Assembly: GCA_964016885.1 (NCBI GenBank)
Contig: OZ024741.1
Span: 345,898,001 to 345,962,000 of the forward strand
From: Eledone cirrhosa
Taxonomy: Eukaryota
Length of the DNA stretch: 64,000 bases
Direction of reading: 5' to 3'
Under the pieces are notes generated by a model. It had not been told where the DNA came from. It saw only the letters and a program-made list of their open reading frames with translations, and searched no databases. Positions 10,866 to 22,888 of this stretch are shown piece after piece (the stretch's first letter is position 1; the number at the start of each line of letters is the position of its first letter). The position numbers were made by a program, and so were the translations under genes.

Positions 10866-12766
10866 ATGTTAAACGCAGCGAACGAAAATAGTGGTGGGGG
10901 GACAGCGGTAAGAGTTGTAAGCTCGCACGCTTTAGTCCCCCCCTTCCTTCCCAACTAACGTCATAGAGAAGGAAGGAAAAATTAAAATAAAAACAGACGA
11001 ATCTGCGGAGAAAAAAAATGACGAAAACACAAATCTGGACATGGATTCCAACAACGAAAAAAAAAAAATTTGAAAAATTGCATGACAATACTAATAACAC
11101 AAACAAAGACACAACAAACACAAAAATAACATTTGAAAATAACACCATATAAGAAAGCAAAGCAGACGACAAGATTTCATTTGCACAGAAAACAAAGAAA
11201 TCTTTGACTTATATAGCGGAAAATATTTCAGATGTGGCACGAAGGATCACAGACGCCAAACAATACATAAGTGAAGGAGAGAATGGTATTTTATCGGTAA
11301 AAATGCCTCAAGAATTCACCAAAGACATTGAAAGCCGAACGGTCAAGTTTCGGACCATCAACAACAGTACAAAAAAACCTGAACAGCCTTCTCAAGCAGA
11401 TATCAAAACAGTACTCACAGAAGTACTTAATGAAACCACTTTCATAAGAAAAGACAGACTGTATGGAAGCCTAGCAATTATCATGAAGAACGAATCGGCG
11501 TCAAAAAAATGTGCTTTGTCACCGATTCGTTCGAAAAATTTTACCTTTTATCCATCTTATATGGGTAAAAGAACTCAACGCATATGGCTGGATGCAATGA
11601 TGCCAGATGTGGACTACTGCTGGCTCATAGCTGGCTTCATCGATCCAGTGAATGACAACGTGATTTCCATTGGGAAAACCACAGGCAATGCGTTCAGTGG
11701 AACAGGTATAGAGCTGGTAGTGCAAATGAAGCCTGAACGCATCGCCCAAATACCCGACAGAATCCTATTAGAGGACCACGGGTATATAAACATTAGCGTG
11801 GAGGGGAGAAGGCCGTCCTGCCATATCTGTGCAGGCAGAGGGCACCTGAAGGCCGCTTGTCCCCAACTCAACAAAAAGAAAACCCTGCTACCAACACCAG
11901 CTCCACCACCACCACCACAGCAGATAAACAAACAACAAAACTCAGTCCCACCCAACCCGTCCCTCAATAAAACCACACCACCACCACAACACAAACAGTC
12001 ACAACACATTACCCCAAAACAAAATACAGGCCCACCCAACCTCTCACTCAATAAAACAACACAACCACCGCAGACACAACACACAACACAGTCTAACATA
12101 GTGACATCCATCTCCCCCACAAAGAAAACCAACACGGAAACATTACCAGCAAACATACCTCTTCCCTCCAACACTGAAGATAACCCAACGAATTCGGAGG
12201 AAGAAACGGAGTCCTTCAGACAGATTAAAAGAAAAAAAAGAAAACATGTGCAAAACACACAAGGACAAACAACCCCCACCCAAATCTCAACACAATCCAA
12301 CAAAACAGAAAACACCCCTTCAGCAACAAACAAAACCAAACCTGCCCCTCCCCTCTTCGAAACACTCACACCATCCGAAAAAAAGACATTACACTATACT
12401 TACATCAACAGAAACAATAATAAATTAAATGAACTCATATACAATAATCCTTCGGTACAAACCGAAGGGGTAAACTTTGTTTCCTCAGAAAACTACCCAC
12501 ATTTAAAACTAATAAAGATCCCAATGAACCTCTACCAAAAACTAAAAAAGGATTTTAAGGAGGACGTAGGACCACCCTCTGTCAAACCCATAAACCGCGT
12601 CCTACTAAAAAGCTTTCCCCCTCCCCTTCCCCTCCCCAACACAACTCCAAACACCCCAACCCCACCACACACTGACGACCCCACACCACCACAAGACACC
12701 CCTTCACCCAACACCCCCGACCCCATGGAAGTCGTGCAACCCGAACCCCGGGAAGCGGAAAGGTAG
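10866..12766 (+). CDS. ORF1 (gag-like nucleic-acid-binding protein) of copy B; open from about 11153, N-terminus disrupted
   Basis: CHICAGRGHLKAAC zinc knuckle, SFAQKTKK motif and P/T/N-rich linker. Probable ATG at 10866, with homopolymer frameshifts and an in-frame TAA at 11150. Confidence 0.8.
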
Positions 12767-12799
12767 GTCTCTACACTCTCCTTTGGCTCTGCCGCCCAC

Positions 12800-15700
12800 A
12801 TGGATGTGTTAAGAGTAGGATGTTTGAATGCACGTGGCCTGGGCTCAACTTGGAAGCAAGCAAAGCTTCTAAATGACCTCAGGTCATGTAGTATAAATGT
12901 AATGGTTATCTGTGAGACTCGAATCAGCGTCGTGCGGCAGCTGGCCCCCACCTTCGATGACTTTGAGGTGCATGCATCTCTCTGTCAACCTGGAGGTGGG
13001 GGTGGGGTTGTCGTACTGCTGCAAAAACACCTGGGTCTTGCCGTACAGGTTGTGCACTCGGACCAGGAGGGTCGTTTGTTGGTGCTAGACGTTGGCAGTA
13101 GTGAAAGTGCGGCCTTGAGACTGGTCGCCGTCTACTCCCCTTTCGGAGCTGAACGGCCCGACTTCTTCCAGCGTTTGGAGACTTTTCTGGGAACGTCGCG
13201 TTCCCTGCTTCTAGCGGGGGATTGGAATGACATCCTAGATGCACGTTGGGTCTATGCAGGAGCATGTCCTAATAGAGGGGGGTGTAACAGCCTCAAGGGG
13301 TTACTCGACCGTTTTAACTTGGTCGATAGATATCGACTAGATTTTCCAACTGTGCCTACCTGGACTTGGAGAAACCACAGTGGTCAATCTAGATCGTACT
13401 TAGATAGATTCTTAATTAGAAGTAAGGATAGGGACATATTAAGCTGCCCAGAAATGCGCACGGTTGGCTACACGGATCACAAATTAGTGACCTGCGTAGT
13501 CAATCTCGAGAAAACACATAAGCAGGGTCCCGGTTACTGGAAACTTAATTTGTATTTACCGGCAAAAGAGACTTACAGAAACCGGATTAGCAGATTAGTT
13601 AAGGAGAGGTTGACGGGTGCAATCGTCAACAACCGATGGTGGGCATCTCTCAAAAGAGAGATTAGAACAGAATCAATAAGTTATAGCAAGATGTTAGCTG
13701 CCGATAGGAATAGAAACGAGAAAGAATTAACAGGTAAATTAGTAGAGGCAATCAAGAGCGAAGATGTGGCCAGAGTGCTGGCATCGAGGACGGCCTTGAA
13801 CCAGTTTTTCGATGCAAAGCACGAAGGCTGCGTCATTCGAAGTAAAATACGTGCTCTAGGTAATGAGGGGGCGAAAGCCGTTGGCTGGGCCCGCGTGACA
13901 GAAGCTAAGAGTGGAAATCGATCCACCATCCGGTCGTTGCAAGACGAAGATGGACGGGTGATCCGGGAGCCTAAGCAGATGTGCGAGGCCTTTCAAAGAC
14001 ACTTTGCCCGATTGTTCGGGGGAGGCGGGGTTCCGGGCGGGGGCGTGGATTTCGGTCCATACCTCGACGGCCTGCCGCGTCTCTCGAGCGAAGAGGCAGA
14101 GTCCTGCGAGGGACCAATCTCGGCTGATGAGATCGGAGATGCGCTGAGCCAATGCAGCAGACGCAAATCTCCAGGTCTCGATGGTATACCTTACGAACTT
14201 TATTTAGCAATGCCGGTCTTCTTCTCCGAACTCCTCGAAGCGGTCTACTGCAATTGGCAGCAGAACGGGAGAATTCCTTGTTCTGTAGCCAAGGGCGTAG
14301 TCACGCTGGTGAGGAAGGACGAGAACAAGGGGGATAGTATAAATAATTTTCGGCCCATAACCCTGCTAAACACAGAGTTAAAGATTTTGGCCAAGGTGTT
14401 AGCAAAGATGTTGGCGCTTGTCGTGGGTGGCCTGATGGGAGATGCGCAGAAATGTGCTATCCCATCCAGGTCCATTCACGATAACCTCCACCTCATGCGA
14501 TACATCATAGAGAGGGTTGGCAACAAACCCGGCTTCGGTGGGGCCCTGATCAACTTGGATCAGTCTAAGGCCTTCGATAGGGTCGACCATGGTTACCTGG
14601 ATGCGGTGCTAGCGGCGGCTGGGTTCGGTCCTGTTTTCAGAGGCTGGATAACTGCCTTACATAGCAACCACATCTGTTCTAGGATCAAGGTGAACGGCTA
14701 CCTTTCGAAGCCGTTCGAAATCACACGATCCATTCGACAGGGGTGCCCTCTCTCCTCCCTTCTGTACGTATTGACTCTCGAGCCTTTACTGAGGAAGTTG
14801 GAGTTGTTGCAGGGTATCCCCCTGGAACAAGGATTGAGCAAAGCGGTGTCGGCCTACGCCGATGACGTAACAGTAATGGTATCGACCGACTCGGAGATCG
14901 AGGCGATCGGTACCTTACTGGAGGAGTACGAAAGGTTGTCAGGAGCGAAACTGAACCGGGAAAAATCCATCGGGCTGCAACTCGGAACGTGGAGAGGCAG
15001 ACCGATGCCTCCTGACGGTGTCGTCGGACACTGGACGGAGGGCCCGGTAAAGTTTCTTGGGGTCTGGTTTGGACCGGACCTCCAGGTGGAAAAGAACTGG
15101 AACGAGGTTACGAACAAGGTGTTTGCACTAACCCAGAAATGGGCCAAGTGTAAGCTGTCCGTCAAAGGCCGGGTGGAGGTGGCGAACATTTACATAGCGT
15201 CCGTCACTTACTACCGCCTGACTGTCGTGCCTTGCCCTAAGGAAACACTCACCACCATGGAACGCATGCTCTTCCAATTTCTTTGGAAGAAGCGCCCTCC
15301 TATGGTGAGAAGATCCATCTGCTGCCAACAACCTTCGAAAGGAGGGCTGGGGATGCCGTGGTTGATGATGCGTAGGCACACATTAAGGCTACGGCACCTA
15401 CAGGTATTCCTCACTGGTCAACCGGTGTGGGCTCCGTTCGTGAAACGAGCCTTTCCGAGACTCGTATCACTCACCGAGCTACAGTCCTGGGTCAAGCAAA
15501 GATCCGGAAAACTGGGAGACTGGCACACTGAGTATGCTCAGGCGCTCAGGGCTCTCTGGCAAGCGGGCCAGGCCATCGGTGGAGAATCCACCTCATCATT
15601 CTATAGAGGGCTGGTGGCTAGCAGGGGCGATGACACCCTTGGAGAGTCGCTGGACATGGAAGAAGACGAACTGGCCAGCCTGTTCGGTAGGACTTTCGGC

Positions 15701-16111
15701 CCAGGACCAATGGACAACTTCCAGAAGTCACTGGCCTGGCAGTGCTACCGGGGGGCTCTACCCGTTCGAGAAAGGCTCTACAGAAACGGGCGCCCGGGCG
15801 GGGATCCCTCAAAAAAGATTTGCCCTAGATGCGTGCGTCACGAAGAAACCGTTGCGCACGCATTGGTGCAATGTCCGGGCGTGGCTGATCTGTGGGGCTA
15901 CGCCGAACGACTGCTGTCGCGGGTGGCGCCGATTAAATTGACCGCCGAGTCCGTGATGACAATCAAACCGCCTCCCCTCTTCACAAAGGAAGCAAAGGCG
16001 GTTTTTCTGTGCGTAATAGCCATGTTGAAAGAGGTTGTTTGGTGGACACGATTGAAAGGTCTGAGGTCAGGCAACTTCCTCTCTGGCCATAGTCTGGTCT
16101 ACTTCTTCTGA
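12800..16111 (+). CDS. ORF2 endonuclease/reverse transcriptase of copy B (1103 aa; premature TGA, ancestral stop at 16237)
   Basis: APE motifs LNARGL, GDWN, YLDRF, TDHK; RT motifs SPGLDG, NFRPITLLN, DQSKAFDRV, QGCPLS, YADD; C-terminal CPRC..ETVAHALVQC. Copy D has CGA where B has TGA. Confidence 0.95.
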   Translation: MDVLRVGCLNARGLGSTWKQAKLLNDLRSCSINVMVICETRISVVRQLAPTFDDFEVHASLCQPGGGGGVVVLLQKHLGLAVQVVHSDQEGRLLVLDVGSSESAALRLVAVYSPFGAERPDFFQRLETFLGTSRSLLLAGDWNDILDARWVYAGACPNRGGCNSLKGLLDRFNLVDRYRLDFPTVPTWTWRNHSGQSRSYLDRFLIRSKDRDILSCPEMRTVGYTDHKLVTCVVNLEKTHKQGPGYWKLNLYLPAKETYRNRISRLVKERLTGAIVNNRWWASLKREIRTESISYSKMLAADRNRNEKELTGKLVEAIKSEDVARVLASRTALNQFFDAKHEGCVIRSKIRALGNEGAKAVGWARVTEAKSGNRSTIRSLQDEDGRVIREPKQMCEAFQRHFARLFGGGGVPGGGVDFGPYLDGLPRLSSEEAESCEGPISADEIGDALSQCSRRKSPGLDGIPYELYLAMPVFFSELLEAVYCNWQQNGRIPCSVAKGVVTLVRKDENKGDSINNFRPITLLNTELKILAKVLAKMLALVVGGLMGDAQKCAIPSRSIHDNLHLMRYIIERVGNKPGFGGALINLDQSKAFDRVDHGYLDAVLAAAGFGPVFRGWITALHSNHICSRIKVNGYLSKPFEITRSIRQGCPLSSLLYVLTLEPLLRKLELLQGIPLEQGLSKAVSAYADDVTVMVSTDSEIEAIGTLLEEYERLSGAKLNREKSIGLQLGTWRGRPMPPDGVVGHWTEGPVKFLGVWFGPDLQVEKNWNEVTNKVFALTQKWAKCKLSVKGRVEVANIYIASVTYYRLTVVPCPKETLTTMERMLFQFLWKKRPPMVRRSICCQQPSKGGLGMPWLMMRRHTLRLRHLQVFLTGQPVWAPFVKRAFPRLVSLTELQSWVKQRSGKLGDWHTEYAQALRALWQAGQAIGGESTSSFYRGLVASRGDDTLGESLDMEEDELASLFGRTFGPGPMDNFQKSLAWQCYRGALPVRERLYRNGRPGGDPSKKICPRCVRHEETVAHALVQCPGVADLWGYAERLLSRVAPIKLTAESVMTIKPPPLFTKEAKAVFLCVIAMLKEVVWWTRLKGLRSGNFLSGHSLVYFF

Positions 16112-16451
16112 TATCACTTCGGAAGAAGGATAAGAATGGAGAGAGAGGTGCTTGGCCACAGGCAGTTTTATGAAAGGTGGGTGATAGTGGCGAGAATGGC
16201 TCGTGTAAGTGGGCCTTCTCTGTATACCATCCTGTAGGTAAAGAAGTAAAGGAGAGGGGAGCACCTTCTCCATGTGCTCCCCGGGCAAAGGATTGCACAC
16301 TTTTTCGGGGGTGTGTGCAACCCCCATCACGTCCCCTCCTTTTTGAGGTTATTTTCGATTGTTTTCATGTTCCACCCTTTTTACTCGATTATATGTAAAC
16401 TCCCCCTTTGTATTTGTCCCTTCTTTTTATGCCTTTATGGTAAATAAAGAA

Positions 16452-16483
<32 letters not shown>

Positions 16484-16486
<3 letters not shown>

Positions 16487-16829
16487 AGGATGGAGAGAGA
16501 GGTGCTGTACCCCAGCAAGTTTTATGAAAGGTGGGTGAAAGTGGCGAGAATGGCCCGAGTGAATGGGCCTTCTCTCTATATCAGCCTGTAGGTTGAGGAA
16601 AAGGAGGAGGAGAGGAAAGGAGTACAAGCTCTTCGTACTCCTAGAGATGAGGGTTGCACATTTTTTTTCGGGGTTATGTGTTACCCATATAAACTGTCTC
16701 GCTCTATTGGGGAAAATCGACTAACTTTTAAATTCCATCTGTGATAACATTTTACACGTTTTTATTGTATGTAAACTTCCCCCTTTGTATTTGTCCCCTT
16801 CTTTTGTGCCCCTGTGGCTAATAAAGAAA
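16484..16829 (+). mobile_element. Tx1 copy E, extremely 5'-truncated (last ~35 codons of ORF2 plus a distinct 3' UTR)
   Basis: Begins ATCAGGATGGAGAGAGAGGTGCTG with ATC microhomology to the preceding (TCTA)n; ends AATAAAGAAA then TATATCTATCTA. Confidence 0.9.
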
Positions 16830-16905
16830 TATATCTATCTATCTATCTATATTTCTGCCTGACGCGTGGAACATCGCCGGTAAGATGTTTTGTAAATTTA
16901 TATAC

Positions 16906-17323
16906 GAAAAACAGAACAAATTGTTTGAAAAAATATATTACTTTGTAGATTAACCCCCAAGCTGACAATTCAGCTTGGGGGTAATACCATTTTTCGCCCC
17001 TTTAGGGGCGAAAATTGTTTTAAAATATCAAATTTTGCAAACTATAAAACATGAATAGGGAATGCTGGAGAACGTCAGTAGAGAAAAGAGAGAAAGAGGT
17101 AGATTTTAACGTTATATCTGCTTCTGCTACCTCTTTCTCTCTTTTCTCTACTGACGTTCTCCAGCATTCCCTATTCATGTTTTATAGTTTGCAAAATTTG
17201 ATATTTTAAAACAATTTTCGCCCCTAAAGGGGCGAAAAATGGTATTACCCCCAAGCTGAATTGTCAGCTTGGGGGTTAATCTACAAAGTAATATATTTTT
17301 TCAAACAATTTGTTCTGTTTTTC
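16906..17323. repeat. 197-bp inverted duplication (16906-17102 / 17127-17323, 24-nt loop) at the 5' end of copy C
   Basis: The arms read as exact reverse complements; the 21-bp CGTTATATCTGCTTCTGCTAC is duplicated at 17110-17130 and 17328-17348. Confidence 0.95.
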
Positions 17324-19160
17324 TTACCGTTATATCTGCTTCTGCTACTAAGGACGTCGCGATAGATACGACTGTCAACAAAAAGGAAAAAATGTTACCA
17401 CTCGAAAATTGTACAATTTCTACCGTCGAAGCGGAGAAAAATAACACTAACTCACATGAAAACACAGAAATTAAACCCATTAACATACATACATATGAAA
17501 AAGACATCAACAACTCCACAGATACATCTACACATAAAGTTTCACCTCGTCAAGGAAGTGAGATTTTCAACACCGAGGCTAACAACGATAACAACAACAA
17601 CAACAGCAACACCACACAAAAAAAGAAAATGTCTTTCGCTGAAACAGTGAACAAAAAACAAGATTTTATAAATCTTGACATCTTCAATGCAAGAGATATG
17701 CTCCTGCAAGGGAGAACATTTGTAACTTTCGAAGAAAAAGGTGGGTTTAGAATTAACTCACCCCTTGAAATAAAGGAAGACACAGTTCGATATCAGTCAC
17801 CTTTAGGACTGTGTCCAATTCCACGAGAAAGCCGATATTTGTTAGTCAAGCAGATATAGAAGCTACTTTCAAGGAAATTTTTTCCAACGAGGAAAACAGT
17901 ACGGAAGTGTTTCCGTACTGTTTAAAAGCGAGGCACTCCCCCAAAAACATTCTGTGACACCAATGGTGTCAAAAGCATTCACCCTTTTCCCTACATACAT
18001 GGGAAAAAGGACACAAAAAATAAAAATAAAAAATATACCCCCAAACATTAACATCTGGTGGATCTTGGCTGGCTTCGTAGAGCCAGAAACTGATATGATT
18101 CTTTCGATACGAAAGTCTATTCGACAAAGCTGGGCGGGTACTGATTTGGAGATTCTGTTGCAAATGAGGCCGGAGAGAATCTCCAAAATATCCGAAAGAG
18201 TCGTCATCGATGATAACAACAAAATAAACATTTCGGTAGAAGGACGAAATTTCCATTGCTTTCGCTGTGGTAGCACAGCACACCTAAAAGCCTCTTGTCC
18301 TTCACAAACACACAACAACAACATCATTAAAAAAACACTATTACCAACACCAACACCAAAACGACGACCACCACCACCACAAGTACAACGACAGACGAAA
18401 CGAACAACCACACTAAAACAAACAGACACTCAACCAACAACAACAGAAAAAACAGAGGCAACACCCCTGAAGAATACAGCCCCATTCCATCCCACTCCAT
18501 CAAACACTACCACAAACACACACACCGAAACACCACCACCACACAACATACCCCTACCCCACGCACCTGACGTTGATTATTCATCGACGGATGAAGCTGC
18601 TTCTCCCTCTTTAAGTGAAGAAGAGGGAGAGCCGCGGAAATCTAAAAAACAAAAAAAGAGACACCACAAAACCCCAAAACTCCAATCACCAACACCAACA
18701 CAAAACCACAGACACAAAGAACAACACAAACAACACCACAATCAAACATCCCCCTATCAACAAAACCAACACCCATACCACCCCAAACACAAGCACCCAC
18801 CACAAAAAGAAAACTCCCGGACGAACAACAAACTAAAATAACACAACAAAAACACAAACAACAATACGCATATATCAACACAAACAACAAGAATTTGATG
18901 GAGGTCATCTCCCAAAACTCCAAGGTGGAGACGGAGGGCAAAACTTTCGTCAAGGCAGAATCGTCTCCACACCTTAAACTTATACGGGTTTCTATGGAAA
19001 CCTATAATGAACTAAAAAATAAATTTTCACAGAACGTGGGCAACCCCTGCCAGAAACCCATCAAGAGCGTCCTATTAAAATGTTTCCCACCCCACCCAAC
19101 ACCCCATCCAGCACCCAAGTGGAGATTAAACAACCCGATCTCCCAGAAACGAAAAGGTAA
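17051..19160 (+). pseudogene. ORF1 of copy C, interrupted by the inversion and frameshifts
   Basis: Removing the inversion gives MNRECWRTSVEKREKEVDFNVISASATKDVAID in frame. Contains SFAETVNKK, YMGKRTQ and the CFRCGSTAHLKASC knuckle; ends QPDLPETKR* (B ends QPEPREAER*). Confidence 0.85.
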
Positions 19161-19201
19161 GTGCACCTTTCGCCCTTTTTCTCCAACTCTTCTTCACCAA
19201 C

Positions 19202-22200
19202 ATGGCTAGTTAACGAGCTGGAAGCGTGAATGTGCGTGGCCTAGGGATGCCCTGGAAACAGGGCCAACTTTCAAACGACCTTAGGTCACACGGTATGGAT
19301 GTGATAGCCATCACCGAGTCCAGGATCCACAACAGGCAGCAACTAACCCCCATCTTTGATGACTTTGAGATCTACGCATCTCTCTGTCAGCCAGGATGTG
19401 GGGGTGGAGTGGTTATCATGTTTCGGAAGAACCTGGACGTCGAAGTACACAAGCACACTTGGACCCGGAGGGTAGACTGGTAGTCCCAGACGTGAAGATT
19501 ATTGGAGGTGGAGCCTTCAGACTCGTGGCCGTTTATGCCCCGACCGGGCAATCGCAATCACGGCCAGACTTCTTTAAGCGTCTAGAGTCCTTTCTGGGAA
19601 CGTCTCGCTCCTTACTTTTAGTGGGGGACTGGAATGGTATCCTAGACGCACGATGGGACTATGTGGGAGAATGTCCCAGTAGAGCGAGGTGCCACAGCCT
19701 CAAAACTTTAATCGGCCAATTCCATCTGGCCGATAGGTATCGACTGGATTTCCCGACTGCACCACAGTTGACATGGGCAAACCGCAGCGGGACATCTAGA
19801 TCGTATTTAGATAAGTTCTTCATTACAGAAAGGGACAAGGAGATGTTAAGCTGTCCACGAATGCACATGGTTGCCTATTCAGATCACAAATTAGCCGTCT
19901 GCTTAGTCAACCGTGATAGAACACATAAACAAGGACCCGGATACTGGAAGCTGAACGTGTCGTTGCCGGCACGTAAAGCTTACAGTGAACGGATAAGTAG
20001 ACTAGTCAAACAACAGTTAACAGGAGCCATCGTCAACAATAGATGGTGGTACTCTCTCAAGAAAGCAATTAGAATAGAATCGATAGGGTCTAGCAGAGAG
20101 TTAGCCTTAGAGAAAAACAAATTAGAAAGAGAACTAATAGCCAAGGTAGAGGAGGCACTTAGAAGTGGCAATGCGGCTAGTGTGTTAGCGTCGAGAACGG
20201 CACTGGACCAGTTCTTCGATGCAAAATATGAAAGCTGCGTGGTCAGAAGCAAAACACGTGCTCTAGGAAACGAAGGAGTGAAAGCTGTCAGCTGGGCCCG
20301 AGTGGCGGAGGCAAAAAGTGGCAACAAGTCCACGATTCGGTCTTTGAAAGATGAAAACGGACGCGTGCTACTTGACCCCAAGCAAATGTGCGCGGCCTTT
20401 CAGCAGCACTTTGCGCGACTGTTTGAACAGAACGACGGTAAGTCAAACGGGGCAATGGACTTTAGTTGATACCTCGACGGCCTGCCGCGTCTCTCGAACA
20501 CGGAGCCGAGTTCTGCGATAGACCAATCACGGACACTGAGATGCGGGACGCTCTGGGCCGCTGCGGGAAACGCAAGTCACCCGGTCTAGATGGTCTACCC
20601 TATGAGTATTATATAGGCATGCCGGACTTGTTCTCTGGCGTCCTCGAAGCCGTCTACTGCAATTGGCAGCAGAACGGGAGAATTCCCAGTTCTGAAGGCA
20701 AGGGCGTAGTAACGCTGATCAGGAAAGACGAGAACAAGGGGAACGAAATTAACAACTTCAGGCCCATAACTCTGCTCAACACAGAGTTAAAGATTTTGGC
20801 CTAGGTGCTAGCGACGAGGTTGGCGCTTGTCGTCGAGAACCTGGTAGGGAAAGCGCAAACGTGTGCAATCCCGATCAGGTCCATACACGACAACCTCCAC
20901 CTCATGCGATACATCATAGAGAGGGTGGGTAGTAAACCCGGCTTCGGTGTGGCTCCGATCAACTTGGATCAGTCTAAGGCATTCGATAGGGTCGACCATC
21001 GATACTTGGAAGCGGTTCTCAAGGCGGCCGGTTTCGGTCCCGTGTTCAGATGATGGATCGAGGCGATGCACACCAGCATCTGCTCGAGGGTCAAGGTGAA
21101 CGGCTACCCATTGGAGCCGTTCGCAATCATGCCTTCCATTCGACAGGGGTGCCCCCTCTCCTCCATTCTGTATGTATTGACTCTAGAGCCACTACTGCGG
21201 AAATTGGAGCTGTTGCAGGGCATCCCTCTAGAACAGGGACTGGGCAAAGCGGCGTCGGCTTATGCCGACGACGTGACGGTAATGGTGTCGAGTACCATGG
21301 AAATCGGGGTGATCGGCAACTTACTGAAAGAATACGAAACGCTGACAGGAGCAAAACTAAACTCGGACAAGTCTGTCTGTTTGCAACTCGGTACGTGAAG
21401 AGGTAAACCGATGACGTCCGATAGTGTCGTTGGACGCTGGACGGACGGACCGGTGAAATTGCTCGGGGTCTGGTTCGGTCCAGACCTCCAGGTGGAGAAA
21501 AACTGGAACGAGGTCACAGCCAAGGTGTTTGCACTCACCCAGAAGTGGGCAGAGTGCAAACTGTCCTTGAAAGGTCGAGCGGAGGTGGCGAACACTTTCA
21601 TAGCGTCCGTCATCTACTACCGCTTGACTGTCGTCCCTTGTCCCCGTGAACACCTCGCCAAGATGGAACGCATGCTCTTCCAGTTTCTGTGGAAGAAGCA
21701 GGCTCCGCTGGTGAGGAGATCCGTCTGCTGTCAGCACCCTTCCAACGGAGGGCTGGGAATGCCGTGGCTGATGATGCGCAAACATGCGCAAACATGCGCT
21801 GAGGCTGCGGCATCTCCAGGTATTCATCACCGACCCCCAACCGGTGTGGGCACAGTTTGTGAGACAGGCTTTCCCACAGCTCGTCTCGCTGACGGAGCTG
21901 CAGTCCTGGGTCAAGAAAAAACCGAAAACGATGGGCGCCTGGCGCTCACAGTCCTCTGGCAAGCGGGCGCAGCAATCAGTGGAAACTCCACTTCGACATT
22001 CTATAGAAAGATTGTACGTTACAAGGGCGAGGACGTGCTCGGAGAGACACTGGGCGTCGAAGACGATGAGCTCACCAGTCTGTTTGGTAGGACTTTCCGC
22101 CCGGGACCTATGGACTACTTCCAGAGGTCCCTGGCTTGGCAGTGCTACCGCGGAGCCCTACCGGTTCGTGAAAAGATCTACAGGCACGGACGCCCCAGCA

Positions 22201-22763
22201 GTGATCCTTCCAAGAGGACGTGTCCAAGATGCGCGCAGGACATTGAAACAGTCCTGCACGCAATTGTACACTGCCCGGGCGTAACCGACCTGTGGACCTA
22301 TGCAGAACAACTGCTGTCGCGTATGGGACAAATCCAGTTGACTGCCGAGTCCATAGTAAGGATTAAACCGCCAGCCTCTTTCAAAAACGAAAGAGAGGCG
22401 GTTGTCCTCTGTACGGTGGCTATGGTGAAAGAAGTTATATGGTGGACGAGATTGAGAGGACTGAGGACAGATGCCTTTCTCTCCGGACAACAATTGATTC
22501 CCTTCTTTAAGTATCACTTTAGAAGGAGAATCAGAGTGGTGAGAGAGGCACTGCACCCCAGTAAATTTACTGAAAGGTGGGTGAATGAAGCGAAAATGGC
22601 CCGAGTGATTGGGCCTTCTCTGTTTATAAGCCTGCAGGTTGAAGAAGAGAGCAAAAGGAAGAAAGGAGCACTTGCACAACACGCTCCTACAGTTGGGGGT
22701 TGTTCTATCGACGGGATATTAAACAACCCATTTGTGGCGCTTCCCCCCTACGACTGTATGTAA
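19202..22763 (+). pseudogene. ORF2 (APE-RT-zinc finger) of copy C with multiple stops and frameshifts
   Basis: GDWNGIL, YSDHK, SPGLDG, QGCPLS, YADD and CPRCAQDIETVLHAIVHC are split across ORF-track fragments. The homologous stop TAG is CAG at 22635-22637. Confidence 0.9.
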
Positions 22764-22824
22764 AATACCCGGCATGTCTTTGTATTGTCCCCTTTTCTTG
22801 TGCGCCCTTGTGGCTAATAAAGAA

Positions 22825-22825
<1 letters not shown>

Positions 22826-22878
<53 letters not shown>

Positions 22879-22887
22879 ATATCTATC
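22826..22887. repeat. (TCTA)n spacer between copies C and D
   Basis: Direct inspection. Confidence 0.97.
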
Positions 22888-22888
22888 A

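Larger units (their letters stand above)
10640..16452 (+). mobile_element. Tx1/L1-clade LINE copy B, full-length (about 5.8 kb)
   Basis: 5' UTR, ORF1 with CCHC knuckle, ORF2 APE-RT-zinc finger, and 3' UTR ending AATAAAGAAA; flanked by (TCTA)n on both sides. Confidence 0.95.
16852..22825 (+). mobile_element. Tx1 copy C, full-length but inactivated (different subfamily from B)
   Basis: ORF1 and ORF2 homologous to B with stops and frameshifts; same 3' terminus into (TCTA)n. Confidence 0.95.
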
